The notes below the pieces were generated by a model. It searched no databases and was not told where the DNA came from. It saw only the letters and a program-made list of their open reading frames with translations. Below are positions 56,838 to 64,000 of a DNA stretch of 64,000 bases, in pieces. A program made the translations under genes and the position numbers. Every line of letters begins with the position of its first letter. Within the stretch, counting starts at the first letter, position 1. The stretch is from NCBI GenBank assembly GCA_040005555.1, contig JBDTYT010000001.1, forward strand, positions 148 through 64,147. Reading direction: 5' to 3'. This DNA is from Actinomycetota bacterium (GTDB lineage Bacteria; Actinomycetota; UBA4738; HRBIN12).

Positions 56838-59719
56838 CGATCGGATCGGCGTTCGGCGGCCTGGGCGCTGAGACGTTCTGCCAGCACGCGCATCACGGCG
56901 AGCGCCACATCGGGCCGTTCGCGGATCATGCTCTCGAACTCGCGCTGTCCGATCCGAAGGGTCCGTACGTCACCGTCGGCGACGAGCGAGGCCATCCTCG
57001 GGGAGCGGGTGATGATCGACATCTCCCCGACGACGTCGCCGGGGCCGCGACGGGCGACCGGGGTCGAGCCGGCGTCTCCACGCACCACGGCGACCGTGCC
57101 GGTGAGGACGACGTGTAACTCGTCGCCGAGCTCGCCCTCACCCGCGATGACGTCACCGACCGCGTAGGTGCGCTCCTCCGCGATGCCCGCCACACGCTGC
57201 AGGTCCGCGGGCGAGAGCTCAGTGAAGAGCGGAACCTTTCGCAGCTCGAGGACGCGTTCCATCGGCGACATCGATGTCCGAGAGCGAGCCACAGCGTCTC
57301 CTTGTCGTCCGGTGGTACGTACGAGCTCGACGCACGAGACGATGAGCGGATCGGGGTCGTGCGCGATGTCCTCGAGCCAATCGTCCCGCTCGTTCGCCGG
57401 AGCGCCCGCAGCTTCCCACAACACGAGGAGCGGACGAGCGAGCGATCGGTGCTCGGTCGTCTCGAAGGTCTCCAGGGCATTCGCGAGCTGTGCGGGGTCC
57501 GTCCCTCCCAGGTTGTCCAGCGCGGCTCGCATCGCGTCTCGTTCCTCGCTGATGAGCGCCAGCGCGGCGAGCGCGGCGAGAGCGTGTGAGCGACCTCGGT
57601 CGACCAGCGCGGCCCGGAGCAGCTCCGATGCGTCACCGCCCGATGGGATCGAGGCCGCGAGCGCACGATCCGTGGTCGCGAGCCGACCGTGTGCCTGCGC
57701 CGAGCCGAGGAGCGTCGAGGTGTGGCTGCGAAGGTCGAGATCTATGAGGACATCGAACGCCACGCGACGCACCGAGTCGTCTCCGTGCTCCAAGGCCTCG
57801 ATCGCCGCAGGGACCGCCGACCCCGGTGCCGACGATGCCAGCGCTCGCAGCGCCTGCGCCCGCACCGCCGCGGAGTCATCTTCGAGCAGCGGGCGAACGA
57901 GGGCGAGCACGTCCTCGGGCGCGGCGGATCCCATCTGCCGCACCGCGAGGACACGCACCTCCGGATCCTCGTTGGACAGGAACCTGCGTAGGCCGTCGAG
58001 GGCCTCGTCTCGCGACGGTCCGCTCAGGAGCGCCGCGCAGGCCGCGGCGGCGACCGTGGGGTTCACGTCCTCGACCAGGTCCCGTAGTCGGGAGGTGACG
58101 GCCGTGTCATCCGACGACACCTCGTCGAGCGCCTGGACGGCGGACAGGCGAACCGCGGCATCGTCGTCCGCGAGCCCGCGCTCGAGGATGGGGAGGTCGA
58201 TCGGTCCGGCGAGGCCCAGTCCTCGGATCGCGTTCGCCCGCACGACCCCGTCCTCGTCCCGCGTCCGCTCGACGAGCACGGTCTGCACCCGCGCATCCTC
58301 GGTGTCGGCCGAGACCATCTCGACGGCGAGGCGTCGGACGCGAGGATCGGGGTCACCCGACGCGTCGAGCGCGAGCCCGAGCGCCTGGCCGTCGCGACGG
58401 ACGACCAAGGGAGCGGCTCGGAGCGCGCCTCCCTCGAACACGCTCGGCCGACCGGCGCGCAGCGCGTCGACGAGCGCGCCGGTGTACGAGCGTCGCATCT
58501 TCCACGCGACCACGATCGTGATCGCCGAGACGCCGAGCCCGATGCTCGAGAGCTGCCGGGTGCTCAACGCCTGCTGTCCGACCAGCGCGATGATCCCTGC
58601 GATCAGGGTTCCCACCTGCGTCGGACCGCCGTTCAGGAAGGCTCGGACCTGATCGCGCCGGGTTTCAGGCACGACGTTCGTGAGCGTCTCCCACGCCGGG
58701 GAGCACACACCCTGGAGCCAGAGGTTCACGCCGAAGCGGACGGACATCAGCGTCACCAAGGACGAGCTCGCGAGCAGGATGCCGAACGAGCCCGCGTACA
58801 GGATCGGCAGCACGAGCACCATGGCTGCTGCTCCGAACCAGCCGAGCAGCCGGTTGGTCACGAACACCGACACGAAGAACGCGACCGCCGTGACGCTCGC
58901 CCAGAAGATGCCGAGGAACCCCGCGAGCTGCTCGGGATCGGGGTATCGGATCGTGGCCGCCTGGGCGAAGGGAAGGTAGAGGGAATAGAACAGGACTGAG
59001 AAGAGCACGCCGGCGGCCGTCATCCATACGAGCAACGGTGAACGCCGCACGTACGAAAACGCCTGCCCGATGTCTCGCAGCGCGGACTGCGGACGGCGGC
59101 GGAGACGACCGCGCTTGGCCTTCGCGGTGCGGCGGACGCCGAGCGCCGCGGCGCACAGGACGGCTCCAGCGAGCAGCGCGGACGCCCACACGAGCAGGAG
59201 GTTCTCGGCGCCGATCGTCGCCGCGAGCGGTCGCGTCGAGAACCCGCCGACGACGGCACCGAGGATGCCGCCGGCGCCGAACAGCGGGAACAGTCGCTTC
59301 GCGGCCCGAGTATCGGTGACCAGACCCGCCGAGCCCCACATGAACACGGCCTGCAGAAGCTGTGCGACGGTGACCGTCAGCCACAGGGTCGGATAGATCC
59401 ACGTGGGATCCGTCGCGAGGATCGCGCGCTCGGCCAGCACCACGGCCGCGATGAGGACGGGGATCACCACGTAGGCGCGGCGACGATCGAAGCGGGCGAG
59501 CGAGCCCGTGAGTGCGAGCATCGCGATCAGTCCGGTCGCACCTTGCCCGAGGTACATCGCGGGGAGCGAGCCGGTGCCGATGCGGTCGAAAAACAGCGCG
59601 TTGATGCCGCTCTCGGCGATCGTCATCCCGGCGGACATCGCGAACATCAACGCGACCACCAGGCCGACGGCTCGACGCTCCTGCGGTTGCACCCGGAGCA
59701 CCCGCGTGATCGCCGTCAT
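56834..59719 (-). CDS. three-domain protein: N-terminal MFS/TLC-like permease (~12 TM) - HEAT/PBS-lyase repeats - C-terminal cyclic-nucleotide-binding domain
   Basis: 961 aa. TM domain aa 1-~430; repeated DxDxxVRxxAxxxLG HEAT-like units ([83 protein letters not shown]); cNMP-binding domain with [20 protein letters not shown]. Confidence 0.75.
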   Translation of the reverse strand: MTAITRVLRVQPQERRAVGLVVALMFAMSAGMTIAESGINALFFDRIGTGSLPAMYLGQGATGLIAMLALTGSLARFDRRRAYVVIPVLIAAVVLAERAILATDPTWIYPTLWLTVTVAQLLQAVFMWGSAGLVTDTRAAKRLFPLFGAGGILGAVVGGFSTRPLAATIGAENLLLVWASALLAGAVLCAAALGVRRTAKAKRGRLRRRPQSALRDIGQAFSYVRRSPLLVWMTAAGVLFSVLFYSLYLPFAQAATIRYPDPEQLAGFLGIFWASVTAVAFFVSVFVTNRLLGWFGAAAMVLVLPILYAGSFGILLASSSLVTLMSVRFGVNLWLQGVCSPAWETLTNVVPETRRDQVRAFLNGGPTQVGTLIAGIIALVGQQALSTRQLSSIGLGVSAITIVVAWKMRRSYTGALVDALRAGRPSVFEGGALRAAPLVVRRDGQALGLALDASGDPDPRVRRLAVEMVSADTEDARVQTVLVERTRDEDGVVRANAIRGLGLAGPIDLPILERGLADDDAAVRLSAVQALDEVSSDDTAVTSRLRDLVEDVNPTVAAAACAALLSGPSRDEALDGLRRFLSNEDPEVRVLAVRQMGSAAPEDVLALVRPLLEDDSAAVRAQALRALASSAPGSAVPAAIEALEHGDDSVRRVAFDVLIDLDLRSHTSTLLGSAQAHGRLATTDRALAASIPSGGDASELLRAALVDRGRSHALAALAALALISEERDAMRAALDNLGGTDPAQLANALETFETTEHRSLARPLLVLWEAAGAPANERDDWLEDIAHDPDPLIVSCVELVRTTGRQGDAVARSRTSMSPMERVLELRKVPLFTELSPADLQRVAGIAEERTYAVGDVIAGEGELGDELHVVLTGTVAVVRGDAGSTPVARRGPGDVVGEMSIITRSPRMASLVADGDVRTLRIGQREFESMIRERPDVALAVMRVLAERLSAQAAERRSDR

Positions 59720-59750
59720 GCGTGTCCAACCCTCACGTCGACCGGGGACG

Positions 59751-60572
59751 CTACGGACCGCCCGACATCGTGAGGACGAGCGCGTCGATCGGATGGCCCT
59801 TCAGCGACACGTGCCGTCGTTCGATTCCGTCCTGAGGGATCGCCGCCGCTGCCGCCGCCTCGTCCGTGACCAAGACCTCGCCGATGGCCGCCTGTGATGC
59901 GAGATGCGCAGCGATGTTGACGGGGTCGCCGAGCGCCGTGAAGTCGCTCGCGCCGTGTGAACCCACGATCCCGACGAACGCCGAACCGGTGTGCACGCCC
60001 GCTCCGAGCGGAACCCACGGGCCGTCGGCTGAGTCGTGACCCGTCGCGCGGAGCAGCTCGTCCGCCGCCTCCACCGCCCTTCGAGCGTGCTCCGGTCCTG
60101 CCAGGAAGGGAAGGAACAGTCCGACCACCTCGTCGCCCACGAACTTCTCGATGATCGCGTCGGCGTCGATCAGGACCTCGCTGGAAGCCTTGTAGAAGCG
60201 GTTCATCAGGCGGGTGAAGTCCCACACGGGCATCTGCCGCGCCAACTTGCTCGAGCCGCGAACGTCAGCGAACAGCATCGACACCTCGACCTCGGCTCCG
60301 CTGACCTCGCCATCCTCGGATGAGGGGCACATCTTCGCGTGCAATTGCAGACCGTCGAAGCATCGCCCGCAGATCTTGGGCTGCTTATCCCACGGCGAGA
60401 AGCCGTATCGCCGGAGCAACCGTCCACCCGGGCCGGCGAACGGGGCGGAGCAGAGCTTGCACCTCGGGTTCGAGGGGATGAATCGGAGTGGGCTCTTATC
60501 CTGCAGGTGCGGATGCGTTCCACTGAGGAAGTCGTGCCACTCCTGTTCCGGGGTCATCTCTGACGTGGCCAT
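59751..60572 (-). CDS. class III adenylate/guanylate cyclase with N-terminal double zinc-ribbon
   Basis: CYTH-unrelated nucleotidyl cyclase core (MLFADVRGSSKLARQ...FVGDEVVGLF...GVHTGSAFVGIVGS); N-terminal CKLC...CGRC Cys pairs. Confidence 0.8.
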   Translation of the reverse strand: MATSEMTPEQEWHDFLSGTHPHLQDKSPLRFIPSNPRCKLCSAPFAGPGGRLLRRYGFSPWDKQPKICGRCFDGLQLHAKMCPSSEDGEVSGAEVEVSMLFADVRGSSKLARQMPVWDFTRLMNRFYKASSEVLIDADAIIEKFVGDEVVGLFLPFLAGPEHARRAVEAADELLRATGHDSADGPWVPLGAGVHTGSAFVGIVGSHGASDFTALGDPVNIAAHLASQAAIGEVLVTDEAAAAAAIPQDGIERRHVSLKGHPIDALVLTMSGGP

Positions 60573-60651
60573 CCTCGGGGAAGCCTACGTCCTGCCTACC
60601 GGCGCCGCATCCGCCGAAGGTCATGCCGCCGGGATCTGTTGGAGCGCTTGC

Positions 60652-61830
60652 CTATCGTTCTGCCAGCGTTCGTTCGAGTGGTGTCGGGAACCGTGTCTTG
60701 ATCCGCACGTCGCCGAGCCAGTCCCGGAGCCGGTCGCGCTCGGCGTCGATCGCCTTCCGGGCTGTCGCGTCCACGGACTCGAGGAGTTCGACGACCACCT
60801 TCCCGCCCGGCGTCTGTGCCCAACCTCCGACCACGTGACCGTTCGCCCAGACGGTCGGTCCCGCGTTGCCGTTGCGGTCGAACAGCGCCGATGCATGATC
60901 GCCGAGGTACCACGCGCGCTCCTTCCACCCCATTATCGTCGTGTCGAGCCCTGGGAGGAGCGCGACCCAGCGATCGGCCTTGCTGACTCTCCTGGTGTCG
61001 TCGGGCAGCACATAGCCGATGCCCTCGTCCAGCTCGACCTCCTCGGCACCGATGGCCTCGAGGGTCGTCGCGGCGAGTCTCGCGGTCCACCCTGTCCACC
61101 ACCGGATATCCGTCGAGGTCGCCGGCCCGAACGTCCGGAGCCAGCGGCCGAGCAATCCGACGCAAGCCTCGTCGTGGTCGATCGGCGACAACGGGCCGCC
61201 CAGCCACGTCTCGGTCGGCGCCCAGCGGTACTGACCCGAGGTCCAGCCGCCGAGCGGGCGCGCCCGCACGATGCGCCCTTGCGTCGCGAGCAGGAAAAGC
61301 ACGCGGGTCGAGACACCCATCGTCCCCGCCCACGTCTTGCCCTCGCCGAAGCTGAGCCTGACGCCGAGCTCCGGAACGTCCTTCGTGAGCTCCCGGGCGG
61401 TGGCCTCGCCTCTGGCGACGAGCTCCTCGAGGGTCTTCGCCGCGACCCGGTCAAGCCATCGCGCTCCCTTTCCAGCCGGCGCGATCCCCTGCTCCTCCAG
61501 CATCTGAACGAGGCGCTTGCGTTCGCCGGGCACGAGGGCCTTCGTGCACGCCTCATCCATCACCGCGGCCAGGCCGCGAGGGACGACGAACAGGGTGCGC
61601 CGCATCCCCAGCATCCGGACGAGCGACCGACGCTCGTAGAGCGAGTCTTCGAGGTGGGCCGGGACGAAGTCGTCGACCCTCGCCCACGCGGTGAGGAAGA
61701 CGCTCGCGGGATCGCTCGAGTGCAGACCCACGATCTCGGCGGCGACCGCTTCTACCGACGCAGCGGGGCGAGCCAGCTGATGGCGCAGCCCGAGCCGCGC
61801 CCGTCGCTCCTCGACCCCGATCTTCCGCAC
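60652..61830 (-). CDS. winged-helix DNA-binding domain protein (YcaQ/DUF1006-like)
   Basis: YcaQ-like pattern (AAEIVGLHSSDPASVFLTAWARV...RRSLVRMLGMRRTLFVV...). GTG start at 61830 inferred; the ORF-track N-terminal Arg/Ser-rich extension is rejected. Confidence 0.6.
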   Translation of the reverse strand: MRKIGVEERRARLGLRHQLARPAASVEAVAAEIVGLHSSDPASVFLTAWARVDDFVPAHLEDSLYERRSLVRMLGMRRTLFVVPRGLAAVMDEACTKALVPGERKRLVQMLEEQGIAPAGKGARWLDRVAAKTLEELVARGEATARELTKDVPELGVRLSFGEGKTWAGTMGVSTRVLFLLATQGRIVRARPLGGWTSGQYRWAPTETWLGGPLSPIDHDEACVGLLGRWLRTFGPATSTDIRWWTGWTARLAATTLEAIGAEEVELDEGIGYVLPDDTRRVSKADRWVALLPGLDTTIMGWKERAWYLGDHASALFDRNGNAGPTVWANGHVVGGWAQTPGGKVVVELLESVDATARKAIDAERDRLRDWLGDVRIKTRFPTPLERTLAER

Positions 61831-61861
61831 GACACGCCAACCTACCGTGCGCTGATGGCTG

Positions 61862-62815
61862 TCAATTCGTCGGGAACCGGGCGACGCCGAACCAGCCTGC
61901 TCCGGTATCGGTGCTCGCGAGCAACTGCGACGAGCCGTTCCCGCGCCTCGTGATCGCGAACCCGTTCGCATCGGAAACGAACCACAGGTCGGCGACGAAG
62001 ACGTTGCCTACGGAGCCGATGTCGTGCCAGGTCTTTCCGCCGTCGGTCGTGTGGAACAGGTCGGCGAAGGCGGCGTGCCATCGCCATCCTCGGCCGTCGT
62101 CGAGGAAGCGATATCCGATCGGTTCGGGGGCGAGCCCGTGGAACTCACGCGTCCACGTGGTGCCGCCGTCGGTCGTCTTCCATACGACCTGGAGCCTCGA
62201 GCCGGCAGCGGCGTCCCCACCGCAGACCACCCATCCATCGGCGACCGAGGTGCGGTTGACGAAGAGGGCGTCGCGCGCGGCGTGGCGGCACGGTTGGGAG
62301 GCCGCGGCCCATGTGGCGCCGCCATCGGATGATGCCATGACGCGCGACGACACGGTGGTGCGCCGGATGGCCCATCCATCCACGGAGGTGGCGAAGCTGG
62401 GATCCGAGACGCTGGCATGGGGAATGCTCGACCACGTCGTCCCTCCGTCACCGCTGTGCTCGAGTCGCTTCCCAACGAGCGCCCATGCATCCAGGCCGCC
62501 CGGCACGACGGTCACGCTGCTCACCGAAGCGGGTCCGAACGTGGTCGGCGAGCTCCAGGTGTGGCCTCCGTCCGCGGTCGTCGAGATCGCGGACGTTCGA
62601 CGCTTTGCGCAGGTCCGGCAGACGATCGTGCCCGCGACGATGCCGTGATCCACGTCGAAGAACGCCAGCGAGCTCGGCTGGAACCCGCTCGCCACGGGGT
62701 TCGGCTGCATGTCGGGCGTCCGGGCCAGCGCGATCGAGCCCGGTGAGCCGATCAGACCGAGCGCCATCGCGATCGTGATCGCGGTCGTGAGCGCGGAGCG
62801 ACGTTGCAGGTGCAT
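61862..62815 (-). CDS. secreted BNR/Asp-box repeat beta-propeller protein (Ycf48-like)
   Basis: Signal peptide, then repeated DGG(T/K/A)TW motifs (TADGGHTW, SGDGGTTW, SSDGGATW, TTDGGTTW, TTDGGKTW). Confidence 0.65.
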   Translation of the reverse strand: MHLQRRSALTTAITIAMALGLIGSPGSIALARTPDMQPNPVASGFQPSSLAFFDVDHGIVAGTIVCRTCAKRRTSAISTTADGGHTWSSPTTFGPASVSSVTVVPGGLDAWALVGKRLEHSGDGGTTWSSIPHASVSDPSFATSVDGWAIRRTTVSSRVMASSDGGATWAAASQPCRHAARDALFVNRTSVADGWVVCGGDAAAGSRLQVVWKTTDGGTTWTREFHGLAPEPIGYRFLDDGRGWRWHAAFADLFHTTDGGKTWHDIGSVGNVFVADLWFVSDANGFAITRRGNGSSQLLASTDTGAGWFGVARFPTN

Positions 62816-62893
62816 GGCGAAACCTCCTAGCCGTCGGTCTCGTACCATTCGGCGCGGGCGCGTGATGGTTTCCAGCCTCCGCCTGGAACTCCG

Positions 62894-63991
62894 TCAGACG
62901 GTCGGGAGCGCGAACTGCATCGTCGTGCCGTGCCCCGGTTCGCTCTCGGCGGAGATCGAGCCGCCGTGCGCCTCGACGAGCGCTTTGGCGATCGCGAGGC
63001 CGAGCCCGGCGCCACCCGAGTCCGCGGTCTTCACGAACCGGTCGAACACATGCGGGAGCTCGCCGGCGGCGATCCCGGACCCTGTGTCGCCCACGGCGAA
63101 CGCCACGGCCTCGCTCGAGCGTTCCGCCGAGACGGTCACCGAGCCGCCGGACGGCGTATGTCGCAGAGCGTTCGTGAGCAGATTCGACAGCACCTCGCCG
63201 ATCCTCACGGGATCGACGTCAAGCTCGGGGAGTTCGGCCCCCAACTGCCCTTCGAGCCGAACGTTCGCCTCCGCGGCCCGGAGCCGGAACGCCGAGACGG
63301 CGTCCTCGACCAGGTGGGCCGGATGGACGCGCTCCCGGTGCAACCGCAGGGCCCCGGCCTCGGCGGTCGACAGCGTCTGAAGGTCGTCGAGGAGCCTTGC
63401 CATCACGACGGTCTCCTCGAGCATCGGCTCGAGATGCGCTCGATCACCGGGGTAGAGGCCATCCAAGATCCCCTCGGCGTTGCCGCGGATCACCGAGAGC
63501 GGCGTCCGGAGCTCGTGCGCCACATCGGCGAGGAGGTTGCGCCGCAACTCCTCACTCGCGGAGAGCCGTGCGGTCATCGCGTTGAAGGAGCGCGCGAGCC
63601 GGCGCATCTCGGGTGGGCCCCGCTCCTCGACGCGGGCTGAGTAATCGCCGCCGGCGACTCGGTCGGCCGCATCCATGACATCGCCGACCGGTCCCGCCAT
63701 CCGCCGCACGGAGCGGGCCACAGCAAGGATGGCGAGAACGAGCACGACGAGGATGATCGGCGCAAGCGCGCGGCGGTTTCCGGGTCCGAGCCCGCTGGAG
63801 AGCGCGCGGAACACCAACGCGCTCGCCAGCACCAGGAGGATGAAGAAGAGGGTCGCGGCCACGACGATCCGCCGAACGAAGTGCCGGCGCATCCCCGGCC
63901 AGCCGCCGGGACCGGTGGGCGGGAAGGGCTCGTCTTCCGGCCACCACGGCGGCCGGAACCCCGGGCGGTGCCCCTGCCATCGCTCAGGCAT
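62894..63991 (-). CDS. two-component sensor histidine kinase (TM-HAMP-HisKA-HATPase_c)
   Basis: H-box LADVAHELRTPLS; N, G1, G2 boxes (LLTNALRHT, VGDTGSGI, GGAGLGLAIA); HAMP. A partner response regulator would lie beyond the window end. Confidence 0.85.
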   Translation of the reverse strand: MPERWQGHRPGFRPPWWPEDEPFPPTGPGGWPGMRRHFVRRIVVAATLFFILLVLASALVFRALSSGLGPGNRRALAPIILVVLVLAILAVARSVRRMAGPVGDVMDAADRVAGGDYSARVEERGPPEMRRLARSFNAMTARLSASEELRRNLLADVAHELRTPLSVIRGNAEGILDGLYPGDRAHLEPMLEETVVMARLLDDLQTLSTAEAGALRLHRERVHPAHLVEDAVSAFRLRAAEANVRLEGQLGAELPELDVDPVRIGEVLSNLLTNALRHTPSGGSVTVSAERSSEAVAFAVGDTGSGIAAGELPHVFDRFVKTADSGGAGLGLAIAKALVEAHGGSISAESEPGHGTTMQFALPTV

Positions 63992-64000
63992 CGGCGAATC

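Noticed and set aside
57168-58652. 494-aa plus-strand ORF inside the transporter-HEAT-cNMP gene; 579-aa plus-strand ORF at 60214-61953 antisense to the cyclase/YcaQ genes
   Set aside because: Ser/Arg/Ala low-complexity translations antisense to genes with coherent domain architecture; no RBS context.

Overview
This is a high-GC (~70%) Actinomycetota chromosomal window, densely coded, with many 4-nt start/stop overlaps. I found no rRNA, tRNA, CRISPR array, integrase or transposase: it reads as core genome, not an island. Gene order around 1-23 kb matches the oriC-proximal block known from Mycobacterium tuberculosis (cwlM-trxA-trxB ... anti-sigM-sigM-mviN-Rv3909-mutT4-pcnA), with a menaquinone cluster (menE/B/A/D/F/G) inserted. 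Further along are a lone pilT, a P-type ATPase, lepB, a modE-like-modABC operon, ychF, sodN/sodX, TusA/DsrE-like sulfur-relay genes, ino1-padR (as Rv0046c-47c), several MFS and regulator genes, an ECF sigma/anti-sigma pair beside a cupredoxin plus PQQ sugar dehydrogenase, and a class III adenylate cyclase next to a permease-HEAT-cNMP-binding fusion. The most unusual items are the split MviN architecture (MurJ, then a separate pseudokinase-TM-discoidin protein), the cyclase/cNMP-permease pair, the sigma-controlled cupredoxin/PQQ-dehydrogenase module, and a sigma-factor gene remnant. All calls come from reading the translated ORFs and the nucleotide sequence by eye. No database search was run.
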